Positions 19,327 to 27,598 of a stretch of DNA of 31,096 bases are shown here, piece after piece. Each line of letters opens with the position of its first letter. The stretch's first letter is position 1. The DNA is from a virus (Duplodnaviria > Heunggongvirae > Uroviricota > Caudoviricetes > Peduoviridae): the IMG/VR virus record IMGVR_UViG_2974787870_000001; one strand, 5' to 3'. The notes under the pieces are model-generated. The model was not told the origin of the DNA. It searched no databases and saw only the letters and a list, made by a program, of their open reading frames with translations. Both the position numbers and the translations under genes were made by a program.

Positions 19327-20448
19327 ATGCCCAATAATCATATGTATGCAAGTCTACTGTCTTACAAAAACTTAAAGATGGCACATCAAGGAAGTAACTT
19401 ACGGTCTATTACTGAGTTTTCTCTCTATTCAGATAGTCAACCAATTGGGGCGGTTGATGATGATTCAGTTTATTGTTTTCTGAATATGCTACCCAGGATA
19501 ACCAAACAATCCACCGTTGCATCTTCAATTACAGTGCGCACAAAGTGGTATAGTGACTTAAATAATATGATTCTTTCTAGTTCTCAGAGTCATACAAAGG
19601 ATTATCATGGTGGATGGTATAATGATGAAATAGCTGCGCTTTCAAGTTTACTGCTTGGTGTCCGTTTTCATGCTGGGTCAATTACTCGTCACTATGATTA
19701 CTACACAGGTGATTTCGGAAGGATCCAAGCGGAGAGTTCTTTTCCTCCCGTTTTAGAGTTTAAACATAACAAACCTATAGTTCCTAATGCTATCAAAGAA
19801 ATTGATATAACTAACCTTAAAGAGCTTAACAATTTACATCTCTTAAGTGAAAAGAATTTCAACCATTTAATTAGAGCAGCCAGAAGCTATCAAAATGCAT
19901 TATGGATATGCGAGTCATCTCCAAATATGAGTTGGCTATTGATGGTGTCAGCCCTAGAATGTGCGGCTAATCAATGGGCAAAATCCAATGCGTCTAAAGA
20001 AGAAAGATTTAAACATGCCAAGCCTGAATTATATGAAAAATTAGATACCAATGAATTTAGACATTTAATCTCTATTATTGCTAATGAGTTTAAAGATTCA
20101 TTTGGGGCGACAAAGAAGTTTGTGGATTTCTGCCTGTATTTCCTTCCAGATGAACCTCAAGTGAGGCCAAAAGTAGGAAGAATTGATTGGGGAAAAGAAT
20201 CGCTATCAACAACTTTTAAAAAAATATATAACTACCGTTCTAAGGCATTGCATGGAGGACAACCATTTCCTGAGCCGATGTGTTCCTATCCTGAAGTATG
20301 GGATGGGTATATTGCTGAACGAGCGAGAGCATGTTCAACCTTAGGTGGAACGTGGTTGAATGAAGATGTGCCAATTAATTTAAATACATTCAACTTTATG
20401 ACCCATTCCATTTTGAATAAGTGGTGGCAATCTTTATTACCAAGTTAA
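19327..20448 (+). CDS. AT-rich cargo ORF of unknown function (about 373 aa) in the Z/fun slot; candidate defence or abortive-infection protein
   Basis: Long ORF in a strongly AT-rich island between G and FI; start uncertain (GTG 19321, ATG 19327, 19344 or 19378; none has a clear ribosome-binding site); Rx4H motif (RSKALH) near the C-terminus; perfect hairpin at its stop. Confidence 0.65.
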   Translation: MPNNHMYASLLSYKNLKMAHQGSNLRSITEFSLYSDSQPIGAVDDDSVYCFLNMLPRITKQSTVASSITVRTKWYSDLNNMILSSSQSHTKDYHGGWYNDEIAALSSLLLGVRFHAGSITRHYDYYTGDFGRIQAESSFPPVLEFKHNKPIVPNAIKEIDITNLKELNNLHLLSEKNFNHLIRAARSYQNALWICESSPNMSWLLMVSALECAANQWAKSNASKEERFKHAKPELYEKLDTNEFRHLISIIANEFKDSFGATKKFVDFCLYFLPDEPQVRPKVGRIDWGKESLSTTFKKIYNYRSKALHGGQPFPEPMCSYPEVWDGYIAERARACSTLGGTWLNEDVPINLNTFNFMTHSILNKWWQSLLPS

Positions 20449-20470
20449 CACTGTAAGTATCAGTGTTAAC
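20444..20470 (+). terminator. Perfect 10-bp inverted repeat (GTTAACACTG-N7-CAGTGTTAAC) at the end of the cargo ORF
   Basis: Read directly; overlaps the stop codon; AT-rich downstream, so terminator function is plausible but unproven. Confidence 0.4.
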
Positions 20471-20600
20471 TGCACCATGTAATTTTATATCTGTACCAGA
20501 CTGGAGGAAAATGTTCGCTTATCGCCCATTAGGGTCAACCATACTCAAATCTCTCACATTGCAGGAGATTTGAGTATGAACACGTCACCGTGGAAGGACT

Positions 20601-20623
20601 GGCGGGCGAATTGCCCGCTTTTT
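20601..20623 (+). terminator. Intrinsic terminator closing the cargo island
   Basis: GCGGGC-GAATT-GCCCGC hairpin followed by TTTTTTG, directly upstream of the candidate FI late promoter element. Confidence 0.65.
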
Positions 20624-20632
20624 TGTATCTGT

Positions 20633-20650
20633 TGTTTCATCCACTGACCA
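20633..20650 (+). promoter_or_regulatory. Candidate Ogr-dependent late promoter element for FI (TGT-N12-CCA)
   Basis: Same TGT-N12-CCA pattern as in the P/O region, about 80 nt upstream of the FI start. Confidence 0.3.
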
Positions 20651-20722
20651 GCCAGGTCAAATAGCGTCTCATGCTCTGCACAACAGAAAATAGTTGCACC
20701 CATTAACCACGGAGTTAAACGG

Positions 20723-21913
20723 ATGAGTGACTATCATCACGGCGTGCAGGTGCTGGAGATTAACGACGGCACCCGCGTCATTTCCACCGTATCCACCGCC
20801 ATTGTTGGCATGGTCTGCACGGCCAGCGATGCGGATGCGGAAACCTTCCCCGTCAATAAACCGGTGCTGATCACCAATGTGCAGAGCGCGATTGCAAAGG
20901 CCGGTAAAAAAGGCACGCTGGCGGCATCGTTGCAGGCCATCGCTGACCAGTCAAAACCGGTCACCGTTGTCGTGCGCGTGGAAGACGGCACCGGCGACGA
21001 CGAAGAAACGAAACTCGCGCAGACCGTTTCCAATATCATCGGCACCACTGACGAAAACGGTCAGTACACCGGACTGAAAGCCCTGATGGGCGCAGAGTCG
21101 GTTACCGGCGTTAAACCGCGCATTCTCGGCGTACCGGGACTGGACACCAAAGAGGTGGCGGTTGCACTGGCATCGGTATGCCAGGAACTGAATGCCTTCG
21201 GGTATATCAGCGCATGGGGCTGTAAAACCATTTCCGAGGCAAAAGCCTACCGTCAGAATTTCAGTCAGCGTGAGCTGATGGTCATCTGGCCGGATTTCCT
21301 TGCATGGGATACGGTCACCAGTACCACCGCCACCGCGTATGCCACCGCCCGTGCGCTGGGGCTGCGTGCCAAAATCGACCAGGAGCAGGGCTGGCATAAA
21401 ACGCTGTCCAACGTCGGGGTAAACGGTGTTACCGGCATCAGCGCATCTGTATTCTGGGATTTGCAGAAGTCTGGCACTGATGCTGACCTGCTGAACGAGG
21501 CAGGCGTCACAACGCTGGTTCGCCGCGACGGTTTCCGTTTCTGGGGTAACCGTACCTGCTCCGATGACCCACTTTTCCTCTTTGAAAGCTACACACGTAC
21601 CGCGCAGGTACTGGCCGACACGATGGCTGAGGCGCACATGTGGGCTATTGATAAGCCCATCACCGCAACGCTGATTCGCGACATCATTGATGGCATCAAT
21701 GCCAAATTCCGCGAACTGAAAAACAACGGTTATATCGTGGATGGCACATGCTGGTTCAGTGAAGAAGCCAACGATGCGGAAACCCTCAAGGCCGGAAAAC
21801 TGTATATCGACTACGACTATACACCGGTGCCTCCTCTCGAAAACCTGACCCTGCGCCAGCGTATTACTTCAAGATACCTGGCAAGTCTGGTCACCTCGGT
21901 TAACAGCAATTAA
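20723..21913 (+). CDS. FI: Tail sheath protein FI
   Basis: 396-aa ORF; synteny. Confidence 0.92.
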   Translation: MSDYHHGVQVLEINDGTRVISTVSTAIVGMVCTASDADAETFPVNKPVLITNVQSAIAKAGKKGTLAASLQAIADQSKPVTVVVRVEDGTGDDEETKLAQTVSNIIGTTDENGQYTGLKALMGAESVTGVKPRILGVPGLDTKEVAVALASVCQELNAFGYISAWGCKTISEAKAYRQNFSQRELMVIWPDFLAWDTVTSTTATAYATARALGLRAKIDQEQGWHKTLSNVGVNGVTGISASVFWDLQKSGTDADLLNEAGVTTLVRRDGFRFWGNRTCSDDPLFLFESYTRTAQVLADTMAEAHMWAIDKPITATLIRDIIDGINAKFRELKNNGYIVDGTCWFSEEANDAETLKAGKLYIDYDYTPVPPLENLTLRQRITSRYLASLVTSVNSN

Positions 21914-21925
21914 GGAGCCTGACCG

Positions 21926-22444
21926 ATGGCAATGCCGCGCAAACTCAAGTTAATGAACGTCTTTCTGAACGGCTACAGCTATCAGGGCGTTGCAAAGTCC
22001 GTCACGCTGCCAAAACTGACCCGTAAGCTCGAAAACTATCGCGGTGCGGGGATGAACGGCAGCGCACCGGTAGACCTCGGCCTTGATGACGATGCGCTGT
22101 CAATGGAGTGGTCGCTCGGTGGCTTCCCGGATTCGGTTATCTGGGAGCTTTACGCCGCAACCGGTGTGGATGCCGTGCCGATTCGTTTTGCAGGCTCTTA
22201 CCAGCGCGACGATACCGGCGAAACGGTGGCCGTCGAAGTGGTCATGCGTGGACGTCAGAAAGAAATCGACACCGGCGAGGGTAAACAGGGAGAAGACACC
22301 GAGTCGAAAATCTCCGTGGTCTGCACCTATTTCCGGCTGACGATGGACGGTAAGGAGCTGGTCGAAATCGACACCATCAACATGATTGAGAAGGTGAACG
22401 GCGTCGACCGGCTGGAGCAACACCGCCGCAATATCGGCCTGTGA
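21926..22444 (+). CDS. FII: Tail tube protein FII
   Basis: 172-aa ORF after the sheath gene; synteny. Confidence 0.9.
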   Translation: MAMPRKLKLMNVFLNGYSYQGVAKSVTLPKLTRKLENYRGAGMNGSAPVDLGLDDDALSMEWSLGGFPDSVIWELYAATGVDAVPIRFAGSYQRDDTGETVAVEVVMRGRQKEIDTGEGKQGEDTESKISVVCTYFRLTMDGKELVEIDTINMIEKVNGVDRLEQHRRNIGL

Positions 22445-22500
22445 TTTTCATCCGGTCAGCCTGGCTGACCGGTTAACCCCGATTCAGAAGTGAGAAAACC

Positions 22501-22776
22501 ATGAACAAAGAAAATGTGATTACCCTGGACAATCCGGTCAAGCGTGGTGAGCAGGTTATCGAACAGGTCACGCTGATGAAACCTAATGCCGGGACGCTGC
22601 GCGGTGTCAGTCTGGCTGCGGTCGCAAACTCCGAAGTCGATGCACTGATTAAGGTGCTGCCGCGCATGACGGCACCGATGCTGACCGAGCAGGAGGTCGC
22701 CGCGCTGGAACTGCCTGACCTTGTGGCGCTGGCCGGTAAGGTGGTCGGTTTTTTGTCTCCGAACTCGGTGCAGTGA
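22501..22776 (+). CDS. E: Tail assembly chaperone GpE
   Basis: 91-aa ORF upstream of the tape-measure gene; T6G slippery run near its 3' end. Confidence 0.85.
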   Translation: MNKENVITLDNPVKRGEQVIEQVTLMKPNAGTLRGVSLAAVANSEVDALIKVLPRMTAPMLTEQEVAALELPDLVALAGKVVGFLSPNSVQ

Positions 22777-22928
22777 CGTTTCCGAAAAATCTGTCGGTCG
22801 ATGACCTGATGGCAGATGTGGCAGTGATATTTCACTGGCCGCCATCAGAACTGTATCCCATGAGCCTGACCGAACTCATCACATGGCGCGAAAAGGCGCT
22901 CCGGCGAAGCGGAAACACGAATGAGTAA
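22501..22928 (+). CDS. E+E': GpE+E' frameshift-extended tail chaperone (-1 slip at TTTTTTG, about 22749..22755)
   Basis: Reading the -1 frame after the T-run gives '...VSELGAVTFPKNLSVDDLMADVAVIFHWPPSELYPMSLTELITWREKALRRSGNTNE' ending at a TAA that overlaps the T start; conserved chaperone frameshift arrangement. Confidence 0.7.
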
Positions 22929-25368
22929 CAATGTAAAATTACAGGTATTGCTCAGGGCTGTTGACCAGGCATCCCGCCCGTTTAAATCCATCCGTACAGC
23001 GAGCAAATCGCTGTCGGGGGATATCCGGGAAACACAAAAATCACTGCGCGAGCTGAACGGTCACGCATCCCGTATTGAGGGATTCCGCAAGACCAGTGCA
23101 CAGCTCGCCGTGACTGGTCATGCACTTGAAAAGGCACGGCAGGAAGCCGAAGCCCTTGCCACACAGTTTAAAAACACCGAACGTCCGACCCGTGCTCAGG
23201 CGAAAGTGCTGGAATCCGCAAAGCGTGCGGCGGAGGACTTACAGGCGAAATATAACCGCCTGACGGATTCCGTTAAACGCCAGCAACGGGAACTGGCCGT
23301 TGTGGGAATTAATACCCGCAATTTTGCACATGATGAGCAGGGACTGAAAAACCGTATCAGTGAAACCACCGCACAACTTAACCGTCAGCGTGACGCGCTG
23401 GCGCGTGTCAGTGCGCAACAGGCAAAACTTAACGCAGTAAAACAGCGTTATCAGGCCGGAAAGGAACTGGCCGGAAATATGGCCTCGGTAGGCGCTGCCG
23501 GTGTGGGGATTGCGGCGGCGGGAACGATGGCCGGAGTTAAGCTGCTGATGCCCGGTTATGAGTTTGCGCAGAAAAACTCAGAATTGCAGGCCGTGCTAGG
23601 AGTGGCAAAAGACTCCGCCGAAATGGCCGCGCTACGCAAACAGGCGCGCCAGCTCGGCGACAACACAGCCGCCTCGGCGGATGATGCAGCAGCAGCTCAA
23701 ATCATCGTGGCTAAATCAGGAGCGGATAAAAATGGCATCTTGGCACAAACACCGGCCATTTTGAATATGTCACTGGCAAACAAGAAAACGATGGAGGAAA
23801 ACGCCACTTTACTTATTGGGACAAAATCGGCATTCGGGCTTGCTGATGATAAGGCTTCCCATATTGCTGATGTTATTTCAATGACGATGAATAAATCGCA
23901 AGCCACATTCGAGGGACTAAGTGATTCACTTACCTATGTCGGGCCAGTGGCAAAAGATGCAGGTGTCAGCTTGGAAGAAACAGCAGCAATGTTAGGTGCA
24001 TTACACGATGCAAATATCAGTGGGTCTATGGCTGGCACAGGAAGTCGAGCAGTACTGAGTCGTTTGCAGGCACCAACCGGGAAAGCGTATGACGCTATTA
24101 AAGAGCTTGGCGTAAAGACAACTGACAGCAAAGGTAATACGCGACCTGTCTTTTCAATTCTGAAAGAAATTCAGCGGAGTTTTGAAAAAAATAAACTAGG
24201 AACAGGGCAGCGCGCTGAATACATGAAAACAATATTCGGCGAAGAGGCCAGCTCATCAGCAAGTGTATTAATGACAGCAGCAGCCAGCGGCAAGCTGGAT
24301 AATCTGACCAGGTTGATTAAAGAATCTGACGGTAAAACAGAAGAACTGGTTAAGGTTATGCAGGACAACCTCGGCGGTGACTTTAAGGAGTTTCAGTCCG
24401 CTTATGAGGCGGTGGGGACTGACCTGTTTGACCAGCAGGAAGGCGCACTGCGTAAGCTCACGCAGACGGCCACAAAGTATGTGTTAAAACTCGACGGCTG
24501 GATCCAGAAAAACAAATCACTGGCGTCAACCATCGGCATCATTGCCGGTGGCGCGCTGGCGCTGACTGGCATCATCGGTGCCATTGGTCTTGTCGCCTGG
24601 CCGGTTATCACCGGCATCAATGCCATCATCGCGGCAGCAGGCGCAATGGGGGCAATCTTCACGACGGTTGGCAGTGCCGTTATGACGGCCATCGGGGCGA
24701 TTAGCTGGCCGGTTGTGGCCGTGGTGGCCGCCATTGTCGCCGGGGCGTTGCTTATCCGTAAATACTGGGAGCCTGTCAGCGCATTCTTTGGCGGTGTGGT
24801 TGAAGGGCTGAAAGCGGCATTTGCGCCGGTGGGGGAACTGTTCACGCCACTTAAACCGGTTTTTGACTGGCTGGGGGAAAGGTTACAGGCCGCGTGGCAG
24901 TGGTTTAAAAATCTGATTGCCCCGGTCAAAGCCACCCAGGACACCCTGAACCGTTGCCGTGACACGGGCGTCATGTTCGGGCAGGCACTGGCTGACGCGC
25001 TGATGCTGCCGCTTAATGCGTTCAACAAACTGCGCAGTGGTATTGACTGGGTACTGGAAAAACTCGGTGTTATCAACAAAGAGTCAGACACACTTGACCA
25101 GACCGCCGCAAGGACTAATGCCGCCACGTATGGCACCGGTGGTTATATTCCGGCGACCAGCTCTTATGCAGGCTATCAGGCTTATCAGCCGGTTACGGCA
25201 CCGGCTGGCCGCTCTTATGTGGACCAGAGTAAAAACGAATATCACATCAACCTGACGGGTGGTACTGCGCCGGGGACACAGCTTGACCGCCAGTTACAGG
25301 ATGCGCTCGAAAAATACGAGCGGGATAAACGTGCGCGCGCCCGTGCCAGCATGATGCATGACGGTTAA
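22921..25368 (+). CDS. T: Tail tape measure protein GpT
   Basis: 815 aa, coiled-coil N-terminus and Gly/Ala-rich hydrophobic segment; synteny. Confidence 0.92.
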   Translation: MSNNVKLQVLLRAVDQASRPFKSIRTASKSLSGDIRETQKSLRELNGHASRIEGFRKTSAQLAVTGHALEKARQEAEALATQFKNTERPTRAQAKVLESAKRAAEDLQAKYNRLTDSVKRQQRELAVVGINTRNFAHDEQGLKNRISETTAQLNRQRDALARVSAQQAKLNAVKQRYQAGKELAGNMASVGAAGVGIAAAGTMAGVKLLMPGYEFAQKNSELQAVLGVAKDSAEMAALRKQARQLGDNTAASADDAAAAQIIVAKSGADKNGILAQTPAILNMSLANKKTMEENATLLIGTKSAFGLADDKASHIADVISMTMNKSQATFEGLSDSLTYVGPVAKDAGVSLEETAAMLGALHDANISGSMAGTGSRAVLSRLQAPTGKAYDAIKELGVKTTDSKGNTRPVFSILKEIQRSFEKNKLGTGQRAEYMKTIFGEEASSSASVLMTAAASGKLDNLTRLIKESDGKTEELVKVMQDNLGGDFKEFQSAYEAVGTDLFDQQEGALRKLTQTATKYVLKLDGWIQKNKSLASTIGIIAGGALALTGIIGAIGLVAWPVITGINAIIAAAGAMGAIFTTVGSAVMTAIGAISWPVVAVVAAIVAGALLIRKYWEPVSAFFGGVVEGLKAAFAPVGELFTPLKPVFDWLGERLQAAWQWFKNLIAPVKATQDTLNRCRDTGVMFGQALADALMLPLNAFNKLRSGIDWVLEKLGVINKESDTLDQTAARTNAATYGTGGYIPATSSYAGYQAYQPVTAPAGRSYVDQSKNEYHINLTGGTAPGTQLDRQLQDALEKYERDKRARARASMMHDG

Positions 25369-25382
25369 GGAGGTGACGAAAA

Positions 25383-25862
25383 ATGATGCTCGCGTTAGGT
25401 ATGTTTGTTTTTATGCGCCAGACGCTGCCACACCAGACCATGCAGCGTGAATCAGATTATCGCTGGCCGTCAAATTCCCGTATCGGTAAACGGGATGCCT
25501 TTCAGTTTCTCGGTGTTGGCGAGGAAAACATCACGCTTGCCGGTGTGCTTTATCCCGAACTGACCGGCGGCAAGCTGACGATGACCACGCTCAGACTGAT
25601 GGCAGAGGAAGGCCGGGCGTGGCCGTTGCTGGATGGCACCGGCATGATTTACGGTATGTATGTCATCAGCAAGGTGAGTGAAACAGGGAGTATTTTCTTT
25701 GCAGACGGCACACCCCGGAAAATTGATTTTACGCTGTCGCTCACCCGCGTTGATGAATCACTGGCCGCGCTTTATGGCGATATCGGTAAACAGGCGGAGT
25801 CGCTCATCGGTAAGGCCGGCAGTCTGGCGACCAGATTCACAGGTATGATGGGGGCGGGATAA
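25383..25862 (+). CDS. U: Tail protein GpU
   Basis: 159-aa ORF; synteny. Confidence 0.85.
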   Translation: MMLALGMFVFMRQTLPHQTMQRESDYRWPSNSRIGKRDAFQFLGVGEENITLAGVLYPELTGGKLTMTTLRLMAEEGRAWPLLDGTGMIYGMYVISKVSETGSIFFADGTPRKIDFTLSLTRVDESLAALYGDIGKQAESLIGKAGSLATRFTGMMGAG

Positions 25863-27025
25863 TGCTGGATGCGCTGACATTTGATGCAGGCAGTACGCTG
25901 ACGCCGGATTACATGCTGATGCTCGACAGCAGGGATATTACCGGCAATATCAGCGACCGTCTGATGAGCATGACTCTGACGGATAACCGGGGCTTTGAAG
26001 CTGACCAGCTTGATATTGAACTGAACGATGCCGACGGGCAGGTCGGGCTGCCGGTTCGTGGCGCTGTCCTGACGGTGTATATCGGCTGGAAAGGTTTTGC
26101 CCTGGTATGCAAAGGGAAATTCACCGTTGATGAGGTTGAACACCGGGGCGCACCGGATGTGGTCACCATCCGCGCCCGGAGTGCAGATTTCCGCGGGACG
26201 CTCAATTCCCGCCGGGAAGGCTCCTGGCATGACACCACGCTCGGTGCGATTGTTGAGGCGATAGCCTCCCGTAACAGGCTGGAAGCCAGTGTCGCTCCGT
26301 CACTGGCCGGAATTAAAATCCCGCACATCGACCAGTCGCAGGAGTCTGATGCGAAATTCCTGACCCGTCTTGCAGAACGCAACGGCGGTGAGGTGTCGGT
26401 AAAAATGGGAAAACTGTTGTTTCTCAAAGCGGGGCAGGGGGTGACGGCCAGCGGTAAAAAAATCCCGCAGGTCACCATCACCCGCAGCGACGGCGACCGC
26501 CATCATTTTGCGATTGCTGACCGTGGAGCCTATACCGGCGTAACGGCAAAGTGGTTACACACCAAAGACCCGAAGCCGCAAAAGCAGAAGGTAAAACTGA
26601 AACGCAAAAAGAAAGAAAAACACCTGCGCGCACTGGAGCACCCGAAAGCAAAACCGGTCAGGCAGAAGAAAGCGCCAAAAGTACCGGAAGCGCGCGAAGG
26701 TGAATACATGGCCGGTGAGGCTGACAACGTTTTTGCCCTGACCACGGTATATGCCACGAAAGCACAGGCCATGCGTGCCGCTCAGGCGAAGTGGGATAAA
26801 CTGCAACGGGGCGTTGCGGAGTTCTCCATCAGCCTGGCTACCGGTCGTGCTGATATTTACACGGAAACACCGGTTAAAGTATCAGGCTTTAAGCGCGTCA
26901 TAGACGAGCAGGACTGGACAATCACTAAGGTGACACATTTTCTGAATAATAGCGGCTTCACGACGTCCTTAGAGCTTGAGGTCAGGCTTTCTGATGTGGA
27001 GTACGAAACAGAAGATGATGAGTGA
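25862..27025 (+). CDS. D: Tail protein GpD
   Basis: 387-aa ORF with a lysine-rich internal segment; synteny. Confidence 0.88.
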   Translation: MLDALTFDAGSTLTPDYMLMLDSRDITGNISDRLMSMTLTDNRGFEADQLDIELNDADGQVGLPVRGAVLTVYIGWKGFALVCKGKFTVDEVEHRGAPDVVTIRARSADFRGTLNSRREGSWHDTTLGAIVEAIASRNRLEASVAPSLAGIKIPHIDQSQESDAKFLTRLAERNGGEVSVKMGKLLFLKAGQGVTASGKKIPQVTITRSDGDRHHFAIADRGAYTGVTAKWLHTKDPKPQKQKVKLKRKKKEKHLRALEHPKAKPVRQKKAPKVPEAREGEYMAGEADNVFALTTVYATKAQAMRAAQAKWDKLQRGVAEFSISLATGRADIYTETPVKVSGFKRVIDEQDWTITKVTHFLNNSGFTTSLELEVRLSDVEYETEDDE

Positions 27026-27106
27026 TGTAATTTATTTATCTGTTTGTTTTATAAGGATAAATTAACTAAAATGGCACCATCAACAAAACCGGAAGAGGTG
27101 CTCGCG

Positions 27107-27325
27107 ATGTTTCATTGTCCTTTATGCCAGCATGCCGCACATGCGCGTACAAGCCGCTATATCACTGACACGACAAAAGAGCGTTATCACCAGTGTCAGA
27201 ACGTGAATTGCAGCGCCACATTCATCACTTATGAGTCGGTACAGCGATACATCGTGAAGCCGGGAGAAGTCCACGCCGTAAGACCGCACCCGTTGCCGTC
27301 AGGGCAGCAAATTATGTGGATGTGA
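27107..27325 (+). CDS. ogr: Late-gene transcriptional activator Ogr (zinc finger)
   Basis: Start at 'MFHCPLCQHAAHAR' with a GGAAGAGG ribosome-binding site upstream; four-cysteine arrangement (C-x2-C ... C-x4-C); 72 aa. Confidence 0.9.
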   Translation: MFHCPLCQHAAHARTSRYITDTTKERYHQCQNVNCSATFITYESVQRYIVKPGEVHAVRPHPLPSGQQIMWM

Positions 27326-27335
27326 TCACAAAAAT

Positions 27336-27360
27336 AGCCCCTCAGTCGAGGGGCTTATTT
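27336..27360 (+). terminator. Intrinsic terminator after ogr
   Basis: AGCCCCTC-AGTC-GAGGGGCT hairpin followed by TATTTAT. Confidence 0.65.
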
Positions 27361-27598
27361 ATGGTCGATGTGGACGCTATGTGGACAGTGGTTGACATAA
27401 ATCCATTTATATCATCAGGTTAGGTGCTTTTTTGTGACACCATCCCTGTCTTCCCCCACATGATGTGGGGGTTTTTTTTATCAATTACTTACATGCAATC
27501 AAAAGTAAAAACAGGTACTTATCGAAAGCTGTAAGGGTTTGGAGCGGTTTCAAAATTTCTTGCGTGTGGACACTATGTGGACACTCAGAGGGGGAAAT
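27361..27598. other. attP: attP region with two pairs of direct TGTGGAC arm-type repeats
   Basis: ATGTGGAC at about 27368..27375 and 27380..27387; TGTGGACAC at about 27565..27573 and 27576..27584; pairs flank about 180 bp lying between ogr and the 3' end of int. Confidence 0.6.
27453..27479 (+). terminator. Strong hairpin plus T8 inside attP (CCCCCACA-TGA-TGTGGGGG-TTTTTTTT)
   Basis: Read directly; may be the 3' end of a host gene carried in the attP core to rebuild it after integration. Confidence 0.55.

Noticed and set aside
20577-20645. 22-codon ORF (MNTSPWKDWRANCPLFCICCFIH) as a small toxin or leader peptide
   Set aside because: It overlaps the terminator hairpin and has no ribosome-binding site; kept only as part of the inverted-repeat observation.
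20951-21637. 228-aa minus-strand ORF inside the sheath gene
   Set aside because: Antisense to a conserved structural gene; typical GC-rich shadow ORF.
23697-25136. Minus-strand ORFs inside the tape-measure gene, including a 244-aa one
   Set aside because: Antisense shadow ORFs with low-complexity Ala/Ser/Thr-rich translations.
26530-26806. Two minus-strand ORFs opposite the lysine-rich segment of gene D
   Set aside because: Generated by the AAG/AAA-rich coding strand; translations are low-complexity Phe-rich strings; no support.
27361-27598. Interpreting the ogr-int junction as a prophage-host boundary
   Set aside because: Phage genes continue on both sides in the order expected for an uninterrupted attP, so no host DNA junction lies within the window.
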